Source: Marsupella aquatica (Eukaryota > Plantae > Marchantiophyta). From it: DNA of 64,000 nucleotides. The notes under the pieces are model-generated. The model saw nothing but the letters and a program-made list of their open reading frames with translations. It was not told where the DNA came from and ran no database searches. The position numbers and the translations under genes are program-made. Positions 12,560 through 25,705 of this stretch are shown one piece after another. Numbering within the stretch: the first letter of the stretch is position 1; every line of letters starts with the position of its first letter. Where the stretch lies: NCBI GenBank assembly GCA_973895155.1, contig OZ316895.1, forward strand, positions 13,689,186-13,753,185, written 5' to 3'.

Positions 12560-15500
12560 CTAACCCTCATACCTCCTATATTTCTTTATATAGGCGGCCT
12601 GGTGTGGACTATCAACAAAGTTATCATCACTGTCCTCATCCATCGGTTTGGATGGAGACATATCCTTAGATGACAATTGTTTGAGAATCCTTTCTTGATT
12701 GACGTTATCTGTTCGCCTAGACCGAGCATCCCTGCTTATTCTTCGATCCTGCAAACATGACGACGAAGAATCATGTTTCCACAACTACTTCCCCTTCACA
12801 AGCTTATCCAACTCATGCTGAAATTATGAATCATATAACTACACAATGTTTTAATTATCAGATCTCTGGTGGAGATGCAATTTTCAGCCAATTGTTCGCT
12901 TACGTCTTTGAAGGGGAAGTCCTCAGCCTCGAGCATGTGAACAACCTGGCCCATTTTCGGCCTCTTTGAAGAATCAGGATCCACACAGCGCAATGCAACC
13001 AGTAGTGACCTTTTCAGAGCTCTTGAAGTTGGCTTCGGCTCAAGATTGGGGTCTGCTACTTCCTCTGACCTTCTATTGCCAACCATCATTTTTAACCAAT
13101 CCACCAAATTAACCTGCAGTGGCAAGTTCATTAACAATTGAACAATACTTTAGTGGAATGTTGTAGCACTTCCTCATTGCATTCCGATTAGGGTAACACT
13201 TGACCAAGGACGGGAATTCACAACCTAGCACTCTCAGAATAAAACATTTTTCATTCCAGAGTTTCATCTTTTAGAGACAGAAAGCTAAGACACTAGAAGG
13301 GTAAGAGTTACCACCGGGTCATACATGCCTCAAACAAAATTCAATCAAAGACAACTACAGTGAAATCCTGAGATCCAACCAAGTTTTATTGGAGCCGAAA
13401 AATCTATACCTCTCCAGGAGGGCGACTGTAATCAACTGGATCTCTGCCCGTGATAATTTCCATCAGAAGCACACCAAAACTGTATACATCACTTCTCTCA
13501 TTGAGAAGCCCAGTGTTGGCATACTCCGGGGCCACATAACTGGGAACAGTGCCACAAATTGGATTGTAAGAAAACCATGATTAGATCATTGGTAACGGAT
13601 ACATCCATGAAGACAATAGAAGAACAGGGAAATTACCCAAAAGTACCCATGACACGTGTTGTAACATGGCTTTTCCCAGAACCAAGTAGCTTCGCAAGTC
13701 CGAAGTCAGAGACCTTGGCATTCCACTGCCCATCCACCAAAATATTACTCGACTTGATATCCCTGTGCACGACCTTTGGCTCCAGAGCTTCGTGTAAATA
13801 GGCCAATCTGAATGGCAGATAACAATCATTCGAGAGTTAGCATCTCTTATTATTCCATTAAGTCGACGTTACAGAACAATTTTTATCCAAATCCCTATTG
13901 CCTGCAATTCTTTATATGTGCCGATTGTTTACAACAGACCATATGAATTATGAGCCGTCAACTAGTACATGGGCAAGGGTAGGACGCAATACCCCTTGGC
14001 AGTGCCCATGACAATCCTCATTCGAGCTTCCCAGGTCATGGCATTTGAGGTAGCAATAGGACCGTGCAGCCATTGCTCCAGATTACCATTGTCAACGTAT
14101 TCGTAGACCAGCATCCTGTGCACAGATAAAAGCATCTTTCAGAATTGGCTGAATCCTGTGGACTAAACTGTACGTGCGGAAATGAGTTGAAATTAGACCT
14201 ACCGCCTGGCCAAGTGGGACCAGGCTCTGCGACGATAGAATATAATTAATCTGAATTGTGCAAGTAAATTAGATTTATTTTGACCAGCGGCTCTTTTTCT
14301 AGTTGCGTTGACTACACAATGAATCTTCAGAAGGAAGAATCCATTCTCCAAGTTCTTAGTGAGGAAGACAATAAAACCCATAACGTAAGTAGGGCAGGGC
14401 GACTAGTGACCTGTGTTGTGCTCCTTCCGCACAGTAGCCGAGTAATCGAACCAAATTCTTGTGTCGGACTCTTCCGATAGCTTCCACTTCCACCCTGAAT
14501 TCCTTCTCCGCTTGTCCTCGACTGTAAATCACGCAGAGACATTTAGCTCGTTAGGAGAATTACATAATGACTGTAGCTTTTCGGAATATTGTATCCGCTT
14601 TCCGATTGGCCGCTGAATTCTGAGATAGCTCCACAGCTCCGACCAGCGAAGTGCATCCCCAGGACAGACTTTCGCGTAACAAGGTTCTTCTCGACTTCAG
14701 AATTCAGGAGCCCAACTTTGTCGTCTTCTCCACGAAACAGACAAAACACTACGGGCCCTCAAAAATTCAGTAAGGAGTGAACCCCAGTTATTTTGTCCTT
14801 GAATCTCCAGGGATCAACAAAAGCACAAAACCTAACATACACAATTGGACCGGCAGATCCACGGTGAAACAAGATCTACGGGAAGCAAACATGTGAACCG
14901 GGCAGTCGGATGAACCAACACGCAATGCACGCAAGTGACCTTGGCGCTCAGACGAACCAACAGCCATGCATGCATGCACGTCCTTCTCAATTCAACAGGG
15001 GGAAAAGGATCTCCATACCGCCGATCTAGGATGTCAAGACTATTCATCGATGACAACACTACGCAGGAGATATCAAGAAAATCCTCTTACCTATTGTTGA
15101 GAAGTTTCTTGACGGCGACCAGAGTCCCGTCTGGAAGCTGTCCCCTGTAGACTATACCATAACCCCCTTCACCCAAAACATTCCCCTCAGCAAACCCATC
15201 TGTGGCAGCTTCCAACTCACGCAGGGTGTACCAGTGTCCCCACCCTAAGTGAGAAACCTCGGGCCCAGACATGGGTGCCTCTCCATTCCGGCCATCTGCA
15301 CTCAAGTTAGATCCCCTGTCTGGGGTGTCAGCAGCCAATAATGCACGCCGTTCTCCATCCGAGCTACCTTTAGAATCCCCTCCTTGGTGGGCTATGTGGT
15401 TTAGTCCTCTGTCATGGTAGGACCCTTCCTGGAACTCTTGGCCTTGAGCAGATCCCGCCTGTCGACCTCTTTCATCACGAGTCTTTTCATTTGCCTGTAG

Positions 15501-15902
15501 GTTTACCTTCCCAACCTGAGCATCTTGCCTGCCTTGCTGATGATACTTCTCCTGTTCTCCCTTCGCATTGAATCCCAAATGCAGTATCATTTTCTCTGCG
15601 GAATCCTTCTCACCGGAATTCTCACTGATTGTGAGTAAGATGCCATCCGGTGGGGGCAGGTAGGTGTTCCCCACCCTGTCGACCTTCACTTCCTTTATCT
15701 CCTTCGCATCATCGGGGATTCCTGTGAGAGGAAGCTTGTCGATTTCCTTGCGAGATTTCCTGCCCTTTCGACACACCAGCCAAATCATGAGAACAAAGAG
15801 GATCAGCAAAATACTCAGTCCTATTACTATGACGATGTCCACCCATAGCTTCAGGCCGAATATGCTCGTTTTCTTGGAAAGATGGTCGCCCAGAAAGCTC
15901 AT
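12560..15902 (-). CDS. Receptor-like Ser/Thr kinase with N-terminal membrane anchor (RLCK-V subfamily, At1g01540/At5g18500-like)
   Basis: Exons 15902-15091, 14521-14411, 14115-13993, 13807-13637, 13539-13410, 13113-12904, 12748-12560, all phase-compatible. N-terminal TSIFGLKLW plus hydrophobic helix; [67 protein letters not shown]. Confidence 0.95.
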
Positions 15903-18134
15903 CTTGAAGACCCTCGTCTTCTCTCTACGCGGAAATAAACTTACGACACCTCCGGAAGCTTCCACAACTTAGCTTAGCTGGGGAGGGGATTAAATATATC
16001 AAAGCTTGGTGTTCTCGATTGGAAATCCTCGCTATCTAAGGCCACATCCCCCCACCGGAGACCACCCTCCAGAGCATGAAGCAGATCGAAGATTGCATGA
16101 TGAGCTGCTCAATATCCACCAACAAATCATGACGGCACCCCGGGTGGCGTCCTAGAACTGAGGATCAACCCCAACTCGTCAATGTGAAATCGGATAGCCA
16201 ACGAATGTGACGCCAAGTTCCCACCATAGAGCTTAAGAATTCCGGAAAGACTCACAGCCTGCGCCTTCCTCTCGATACACTTCCGCGATCACAGTCAGAG
16301 CGATAACTTTCCTGGTAGGTCCTTGTCAACTCTAAGACGGCTGGCAGTAAGACAGTACTCAAAGTTCTGCTGTTCTGCTGAACCAAGATGTGATGTTAGT
16401 ACTTCTGCTCCTCGGATTGGCTTGGGAGTCCCAACTAGTTGATCACTCTCGTCAGCCAACGAGGTTTCTGCTGGGTGAGGTTAACAGCTACAGCACACTC
16501 CTTCTAGTTTAACTTAGAACCACCATTGAGCGTGACCCGTCCTCGAGCGACTGACAGAACCTGTGGAGCACTCTTTCCTGGAGGGTCACCTGCTATGACA
16601 TTCCCGACGAAACTCCGACTTATGCACGAGGAGTACCGTAGCTGTCTGCGCAAGTGCGCATTTGCCTTTTCGCTCTCCACTTGCCGAGCCTAGCACGCAC
16701 ATTGTCCGCCCAGGGGGATCACCGGGCCCGTACGAGCTTGAATCTGCACGTAAGATATGACAGCATCTACCATGCTTCCCAACTCCTGCCCGGACTACAA
16801 TGCGCACACTCCGTTCAGGTACCGTAAATCAAGAAGAAGAAGAAAAACGCCTTCAAGTTACGGCATCTCCCGCAGCAGCTGCAGGCAGATGATGCTGGAG
16901 AAGAATCATACAGACTGTGAAGAATGCGGAGCAATACTGCGTCAACAACTTGAGAACAAAAGTCTGATGCTCCTAAACACAGATACTCTATTGCCCTGCA
17001 AATGACAAACGAGACTTGTCAAATATGAGTCTCGTCTTCTGCTCCTCCTCCTCCTCCACAGTTTCTTCTTTGAGTTTTCTCCGTTTCTATCTACAACAGC
17101 CTCCTCTTCGTTTCTCAAACCTAGATGTGTCTGCCATTCGCACTGCTCCCAAAACTAGTTTCCTTCTCTTCACTGGAATGGAACACACAAGTGCAAATGC
17201 AGAAAGCTGTCTCTCCTCCGTCACACGCTCAGTGTCTCCACCTCTACTCACACCACTGGAGTCGTCCCTGCGGGTAAGAACCCAGCCCACAAGCTCTGTC
17301 CAAGTCCTTCTTACAACACGCCAATGGCAGTGGCAGCAACCAGCAGCAGAAGGATCAGCTGCAGGACTTGGACTCTCGAAACGAGAAGAAACCAAGGAGG
17401 ACGTAGCCTTGTCCACGCCCTACCTGCCTGCCCAGACGCCAGCTACAAAGCAATGTCAATGTAGCCGCTACAGTAATCTTACTCGCTGCACAGGATGATG
17501 TGCCCAGAAAGGAGGATGATGGAGGAGGATGGAACAAGGAACGAGGCAGACGAAACTGCAATAATTTGCAGTCCCGGGCTCTGTACTTTGACGAAATGCA
17601 ACAATGCCAAATGCGAGAGCAACGCAGGAGTGAGGAGTGTCAAACCAGAAGAGCTCGCTCGTTCGTGTGACGAGCACAGAATGAAGGACGGGAACGATGG
17701 TATGGGAGGAAGGAGCAACGAAAGATCAGGGAAAAAGAGAGCGAGAGTACCAGCTAAGCTCTACCCAAATATGTGGGAGCCATGCTGGCATGCAGGACGC
17801 AAGGCTAAGGCTGGCTGAAGCATTGCAATGCGGCAAATGCAAGAACACAGCAGTGGTGGGGGGGATCGAGGGGAAGGAAGTGGGGTGAGGAAGGATCATC
17901 GTAATCTTCTACACTACTATTATTGTAGTGTAGAACTCGAGCCCAGATAATCCGAAGTGCCAAACAAAACAATCTGCAGGAGCTGTCTAGCCTCTGCCTG
18001 CCCCAAGGGCCTTGCCTGACAGGCAAGACTGCGAGAGAGTGAGTGAGAGAGTGAAGTGGGAGGAATCCCACTGACGACTTACTACTGGTCACCATGCCTG
18101 CCTGATGAGCACTGGCAGGGCTCGTTGGCGTCTT

Positions 18135-19030
18135 TAGTAGCAGGGCAAACACGAGGGCAAAGGCACCAACACCCTCCCCAACCAAAACCCATAGATATAG
18201 TTGGGCCTCTCAGAACTCAGCCGCCGGCCTGAGTAGTGGGTTAGTCCCATAAGGTAGTTAGAGGACCAAGTTACCGAGTAAAGAAAATGAGGCCGATGCT
18301 GGATTAGTCCCATAAAGTGGTTACGAGACCAAGCTACCGAGTAAGGAAATTAGGGAGATGCAGCATTGGGCAAACGGGCAAGAATGCTCTCACCACCCAA
18401 TTGATAGATATATACTTGGCTGTCTCAAAACTCAGCCCCGCAGGCCTGAGTTGTGGGTTGGTCCCGAAAGCTGGTTATAGGACCTAGCGATGGATTAAAG
18501 AAATTAAAGGGATACAGTGTTGGGCGTCTTTAGGAGAAGGGCAAACAAAGGGCAACTGGGGAAAAATACTCTCCCCACCCGATTGATAGATATACTTTGG
18601 CGTCTCAAAACTCAGCTGCGGGCCTGAGTTGTGGGTTAGGTTCATAAGGTGGTTACAGGACCAAGTTATTGATTTAAGCAAATAAAGTGCAGCATTGAGC
18701 GTCTTTGGCAAATGGGCAGAAATACTCTCCCCAACCCAACCAATAGATACAGTAGTAGTGCATCTCAAACTCAACCTGGACCCTCAGTTGTGTGTTAGTC
18801 CCATAACTCAATTTACAGGACCAACTTATCGATAAAGGGAGATGCAGCATTGGTAGTCTTTAGTAGAAGGGCAAACATGAGGGCAATATGGGCAGAAAAT
18901 ACTTTCCCCAACCGATAGATGCAATAGGGCATCTCAAAACTCCTTTTTGGGCCTGAGTTGTGGGTTAGTCCCATAAGTCAGGTTACATGACCAATTCATT
19001 GATTTAAAAAGTAGGAGGATGCAGCATTGA
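18135..19030. repeat. Degenerate tandem array, about five units of ~160-215 bp
   Basis: TCTCAAAACTC...GGCCTGAGTTGTGGGTTAGTCCCATAA...GATGCAGCATTG...ATACTCTCCCC..CC.AT.GATAGAT recurs at ~18208, 18423, 18603, 18763 and 18932. Confidence 0.85.
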
Positions 19031-21716
19031 GGTCACCTCGGCCTTGTAGCATATATCCCTTGGTCTTCCTTCTCAGCCATTAGCCACCCCAAATGCAGCA
19101 GCCGTGGCCACGTCAAGCCCAAAAGCTCACATTTCTCCAACTGCAACTTTTCGGATTTGCTGAGTTTCGGATTTGTGCCTAAAGTTACCGGAAGTGGATA
19201 AGGTCATTGGTTCAGTGTTAAGTGTTAAGCTTGCAAGCTTTCCTTACAGAAGCTAGAGATTGGCTCCCACTAGTTTTACCGGAGTTCCCAAAACTATTGA
19301 GTTTCAAAATTTTCTTCCATGTATCATTGAGGTTTGAGACACCTTGATGAGTTGTACATAAATGGGAAGGAAAATAGACATTGTGATCCAAAATCACAGA
19401 CTAACAATGAAAAAAAACAATTCAGAATTTCTGCCCAAGACATTGCTCAACCCAGAAAATACCAGGTGGGTTGTTTCCTCCTCTCCTCCTGCATGAAGCT
19501 GGTCTCCACTCCACAGCTAAGGGGGCTTTACAAGAACTATGTAGCAGTTCTTTTTTTTCTATGTTCAAGATGCAATCCTAGCCATTCAACTGTAGCAACA
19601 AGTTGAACATCACTTTACATGAACTTGTGGCACGCAATAGGTAAAACCCTATGGATCATAGTGTTTTGGCTCATGTGTCCATGTTTTTTTTATCAAAACT
19701 TATACCACCTTTTGAGGTGGTCTAAAGAATAAATCCCTTGGTCCTTTTCTACTCAGGGTCTGTGATTATTATTTCCAGACCTGACACATTTTGGCATAGG
19801 CATTTTAACTTAGAGTGTATGCAATGGACCTCACGTTTGCGTGAGTGAAGAGTGATGATTTGTGCCAGCCAGTTCTTGTAAAATCCCCCTAAATTTGTCC
19901 CCATTTGGACTCTGGGCCCACTCTGGGTCACTTAGGTGAATGTACCTCCAGTTGCATCCAGGGTATTGAACACCCACTACAGTAGTTGATGATGTCAACC
20001 GTAACTCACACTGAACTTGAATCAAAATTATTGTTGACTCATCCTGTTTCAGCCACTTTACATATAACTTTAAAGGTGTCCATAAAGTTTTGCCCCGAAA
20101 AACTAGTCAAAGCCTAAAATCTAGTGTCCTTAATTATACTCTAGGGTTGGGGAGGGAACGGTAGGCAGGGCACCATGGCAAGGCAGGGCAGTATAGGGGT
20201 TAATGTGGCAGCAGGGCAGACAAGCAAAGAAAAGGAGACACTCACGTAACTCAAGTAGAGAGACTGATGGCAAATGGGTTGTCCTTGTCTTACACGGATA
20301 TCATCATTGGCACGAGGAACAAGTTGTGTGACCATGGCAAAACTTGGTTGATATCACTTGTTTTGCCTCTCTATGAGAACCATAGCTAGGTTGGTACACA
20401 GTTTCTCATAGAGTTTGACATTTTTATTTGCTAGCTCTCATACCCTGCATACCACAGAAAAGGCTCCATACCCAAACTCCCATGCCTGTCCCTACTCACA
20501 AACATAGTCTAAATATCAAAATTTGTTGTAAGCAGAGAATTTTATGGCATATGGCTCCACTCTATGAAGTACATAAAGAACCCATTTTTGGTGTTTTACA
20601 TAATGAACTGTAAACCATAAATCATACCCTACATTTCATTTGACTAACCTGAATATTTGTACTTATGCACAGGAAGGATTCCTTGTCCCAATTCCCCTGC
20701 CCATTCCTACTTGCAAGCAAGCATAGTCCATATATCCAAAATGTATCTTACCAGAGAAATGACAGACCTATGGCTTCACTCCCGCTTCACTTTACAAAGT
20801 AGGCTGTGAATAGGTGGACTTTGACTGCAAATTACAACTTTGAAGTACTTTGCCACTAAAGATCAGGCAATTGACAATAGTGTCACCATTTTTTAATTTA
20901 CAAATATACCATGATTTGCATATGGATAATAACTTCACCAACCATAGATGTTGTAGTTGACAATATTGCCACAATTTTTTTGTATTTATTAATATACCAT
21001 GGTTTTGTACATGGGTGATAAGTTCACCAACGTGATCAAAAGAACTATATACAAAAATAGTGGTACATTTGTAAATACAATAAAAATAATGACAATATTT
21101 TAAGTTCAAACATCGTTAGTGGCAATATATTTAAATTATAATATAGATATAGGTTGATGATAGATACTGCGCAGTGTAGTTAAGTTATTTTTGCTTGTTT
21201 GTGCTCAAACTTTGCTGAACTTAAATGACCACTCAGGCATATAAGAATCTCTCCTGCTTTCACTATATCAAGATCAGAGCTAGGTATGAAATTTTGTGTA
21301 TGGAGAAGAAGTGTGTTGATTTTTGCTGCTTTGATCCTAAGAGCTGAAGATTATCAATAGCTGCAAGAGTTGGAAGGGTGATCGAGGTCACCAATTTGTT
21401 TGTGACTCATCTCATTAGCACAGCAGGTTAGAGAACTGGCAGGGGATGATTCTCTGGTCACTGAACTTAGATAATGACCAAACACTCCAGAAAATTATGC
21501 TGCTTCAAACCTTTCAAATGTCTTCCAAAAACTGGGGCATTCATGACTTCTCCTTGATCTTTAACAAGTGCAATTGTTGTTCCAACAAGTGCTTTGATAT
21601 GGAGAATTGACGATGCCTCTATGGACTTCCCTGACATAAGATCCAGCTCAACCAAAAATCTCATGTCCAGCAGCAGATGAAAAAGCATGGTATCTTCTGT
21701 TTCCAAGATATTGTGA

Positions 21717-21828
21717 ATGATTGTGAGTTGGTTCTACACTGGTCAGAAGGAAAACAAGTCCTACACTGATTAATGATTGTGAGTTGGTTCTACACTAGTC
21801 AGAAGGGAAACAAGTCCTACACTGATTA
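21717..21828. repeat. Two-copy tandem duplication (~56 bp) abutting the transposon left end
   Basis: ATGATTGTGAGTTGGTTCTACACT.GTCAGAAGG.AAACAAGTCCTACACTGATTA occurs twice. Confidence 0.9.
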
Positions 21829-24405
21829 CCGTAATTAGTATCACATAGAGTATTTACAAACAAAGGTTTTTGAAGGATGTCACCATAATTAATTTAGAAA
21901 TACTATTTTTGGTGACCCACAAATAGTGTGTGATGAACACTCAATTAATGTGTGTAACTTATGAATTTTTCCAACCAATAAGATGTATTTGCAAGGGCAT
22001 ATAAAATCAAAACAATATTTATTAAAATCAGGTTAGGAATACAATCAAAATCATACTATGACAATTGACTAAAGTCCCTACTCATACTCCTGTAATCCAA
22101 GTCTACTCCAATCCAGTTCCAGATCTAGAATTGTCATGTCAAGATTCATTATCCGGAATCATTGCCTTCAGACTCAGAATCCACAGGTGGTTCCTCTTCA
22201 GAATCAGTACTACTAATCTGTGGTGGAATTATGGGAAAATGCCAGTCTCTATATCTTGATCAGGTACATGTCCCATAGAAGGCACAGGTGTGCCTTCAAA
22301 ATGAATCCTGTATTTTTGAATCAATTTTGAAGATCTGGATTCAATTGCTGTTCATGCCACACTCCATTGATATCAAGGGAAAAACCACAATGAATCATAG
22401 CCCTCCTTGCATACGTTATCCTAGTGTGTTTGTCTTGTTGTTGATTGACCTTCTGTACAAATGTTGCCGCAAGCTTTAGAAAAAATTGTTTGCCAGGATT
22501 CTTCATTGCTCTAGAATTCTACCCACTACTTCGACCAGAATTTTGAAATCCATTTCCACTCATGATCGTCTTCAACTTGTGCTTCTCCCAGGCATCTGTC
22601 CATGCATCCTTGATCTTGGAGATCACAAATGAATCACAAGGTTGCGTCTTATCAGTGGAGCATGGAGGTAAGTTGCGTATGGTAGCATTCAATCTCTGCA
22701 GCGTGGTGAAAGATGCTTCTGTGTAGTCATGGCCCTTGAAATTGTTGACAAAAATCACTCTTGTTTGCCCGCCTTGAAGATTGGTGACTTGGCAGCGCAG
22801 TTCATTCAACCATTGATTCCAAACGGCTCTCGTCACAAAACCATTCTTTGCAGATCTGTACACAACACTAGGAATTGTATCATCCACATTCCTAATAGGA
22901 TAAGAGCAACGATCATTCTGGAAAACAATCATAGGAACCTCTATGATAGATCGAGACCCTCTAGTGAGACGTACGATCATGGTCATGCCTTGCCCACTAG
23001 AAACTAGATCTGCATACTTGACATTGTCATCACCACAAAATCCCAATGTCTTTGCCATTGTCAATGTTGACAACGAAATGAGTTTCGTCAACATTTTCAA
23101 CAAGGTCTTCATTCAGGGTCCCTGTCTCAAACTCTCTCTTGAGTTGTCCCAAATGGAAAGTGATCTCTTTATCTATGTGCTCTTGCTTCTCTACACTCAC
23201 CATCAGTTTCCCTGTTTGTGCCTTGCCAACAATGTTGCACTTCCCTATAAATCTCATAATCTAGCAAAGTGTAATCTTTTTTGAGATAGGAATTCCTCTT
23301 GACAGATATGTTGAGGAGAATTGCGGATGAGTTGATTCGTCAAGCACTTGCTTTGCCAACTGCTGCAAAAGCTTTGGTGAAAATTTCACTCTTGCCTTTC
23401 GTAATCGATTGAACTCGTCCACCGTAGACTGGTACAACCACGTAACCCAATCCTCTATCTTTCTGCCTTGACCTTCTCTCCTTGCCTTCCGCAACATCTT
23501 TTGAATAATTCCATCCCGACGCACATTGATGGAAATGTCTGTCTCTTTGTTGATTTGCAACCAAATTGCTTGATTCTTCCACCAATCTGTAGCCTTCTTG
23601 AGATTTGCATTCTCACTACCTCGAAATAACGTTGTGAACTCCTTAACAGTCCATCTTGGCCATTTGCCTCTCTATCTTGCCTCATCCATGAAACTACCTT
23701 CTTATGATCTTGCATGGTCACGACGTACTGAGGTGCTCTCTTACGCTTTGTCTACACAGCTTCTGTACGTGCAACTGATCGATCTAGAGAAAGAGCTTCA
23801 GGTAATGAGTTTTGTGGAACATCTTTGATAAGCTCTGCAGGTTGTGACAAAACTCCAGTCCTCCCTATATTCCTCACTCTAAGTCGAGATCGAGCAAATG
23901 TGGATATTAGAGGCGACGCAGAATGGAAATCCATTGTGGAGAATGCTGCGATTCAGAAACTTGAGAAAACATAAAGAAATTTGGCGAGAATGTTACGAGA
24001 TTGGTAAACGGGTTTTGCAGCAAAGTGTTTAGGTCACGAATAGGGCCGGCCAAGGGTTGGGAGGGTTGAGGGGAGTGTAGGGCAGAAGTTTGGCAAAAAT
24101 CTAGGCAAAGTTGTGGTCGGGAGTGCACTAGGATTGGTCCACGAGCGTGGCCTATAGTTTGGTCCTAAGTTTGACCCTGTAAAAGTCATCCATCAGTTTT
24201 CAAAGAAGCATTCCTTTATACTCTCCCATGAAAACAAAAACTTTTTTCTTAAGTAGTGTACTGTAGTGATATTTTTTATTAATGTATAGGAGATTAATAA
24301 GGAACTTAATTTATATATTTTTTGGAGATTTGTCCTCACACCCTTAATAGTGTGTGTGAGACTATTTATGCGCGGAGACTAAATAAGTTATGATACTAAT
24401 TATGG
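21829..24405 (-). mobile_element. Decayed pogo/Tc1-mariner-superfamily DNA transposon (DDE_1/CENP-B-like transposase)
   Basis: TIRs CCGTAATTAGTATCA (21829) and TGATACTAATTATGG (ends 24405), each flanked by TA. Internal minus-strand transposase fragments with frameshifts and stops. Confidence 0.85.
22300..23800 (-). pseudogene. Disrupted DDE_1 transposase
   Basis: Pieces in different frames: GQGRKIEDWVTWLY...KFSPKLL; ENVDETHFVVNIDNG (first catalytic D); KYADLVSSGQGMTMIVRL; IFVNNFKGH (second D replaced by N); LPPCSTDKTQPCDSFVISKIKDAW (third D); NPGKQFFLKLAA...ARRAMIHCGFSLD. Confidence 0.85.
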
Positions 24406-25419
24406 TAAACAGTGTACTTCCAAGCTGCCAACATGAGTACGAGAAGGTGACCAATACTTACCTAAATATATCTCCTTCAACGCGCATGCATAGAAAACAT
24501 CAGGTCTCAACTTTTGCCTACCAGGATCCAGTACATAGAGTAGTGGGAATTTTGCTTCATGCTTGCCTGCAAAGGGAAGATCCATTTGAGACTTTTACGT
24601 AAAGTAAGAAGGGTCTTCATTAATTTGCTTTTGCACAAAATCTTCAGGCTATTTCAAACATTTAAGCATTGACATGCTCTATTGATTCCCTCTCCAGTCA
24701 AGACCTCACCTCGGACCTCACCAACGGATGGCCTCCAGAGGTTAATTTTTGGACTCCCACAATGGCCAATGGCCAGTGCTGCTAATCTTTCATTTGTTTC
24801 CACAACTGATGGAGATGCTAGTCAGGCTGAGATTTTTGAATGGAAGGACAATTCACCCATTCTCCTTACCAACAAAAGTTGTATGCAATTGATTGAGGCT
24901 AAGTGACCCTGATGCTTCATTTCAACATGCAGAAGTGGAGTGACTAGCTTGATTGGCACTCAACCTGAAGTGACTTTGGACTTGTCAAGGGGAAATGTTT
25001 TCAGTGGTTTACTTAGAATTGTTATCAGGTTCCGGCAACTAAGAGCACTCGCATTAGACCACTATCCGGTCCAGCCTGGATTGACTTTAGCGGATCAACC
25101 CAGGGGGCCGGCTTTTGGAACCCCCACCATGCCCAGGTCATGACAACCCTAATGCTGCAGTCCTACATTTCTGGGTGTCAAGGCCAGGCAGCAATCTTGC
25201 TCTCTAGAACTAAGCGAGACACAGCCTGCCAAGACGAATTGACTGCTGCAACCAGCCAAGTTAGTTTTGATTACTTAGACATATCCGCAGCAGCAAGAGT
25301 GGGAGATCGTGGGACAATCGTGGGACATGTGGGGCGGATGCCAAACCGGCATGCAATCAACCCAATGAGCTGTATGGCAAGCACAGGTGGGAGGGCTGTA
25401 AGCACTGCCGCTTCCCTGC

Positions 25420-25705
25420 CTTGGGGGGTTGACTATCAAAAATCTTAGGAACCACGTGCGATCCAAAATAAGTATTTTTGATAGAAATTAACTAAATTTT
25501 AAAAAGCGTAAGAGGCAAAAGAAGGTATTATAACCTCATGTTTATAGAATATTATCTCATATCTACCTTTTATAAAGTAAAATAGGTTATTAATGTTGAA
25601 AACGGAGAATATTCTTGGAATATTTTCTTTATAAAATAGGTCTATTTATATTAGGCTAGGATCGCACGTGGTACCCCAAAATACACACTTAGTTAACCCC
25701 CCGAG
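25420..25705. mobile_element. MITE copy 1 (286 bp) with 16-bp TIRs and 8-bp TSD
   Basis: Ends CTTGGGGGGTTGACTA / TAGTTAACCCCCCGAG. Sub-terminal inverted ACCACGTGCGATCC / GGATCGCACGTGGT. TSD TTCCCTGC at 25412-25419 and 25706-25713. Confidence 0.93.

Noticed and set aside
18135-19030. CRISPR-like repeat/spacer appearance (also 37454-37652 and 52575-52730)
   Set aside because: Units are degenerate along their whole length with no unique spacers, there are no cas genes, and the context is eukaryotic.
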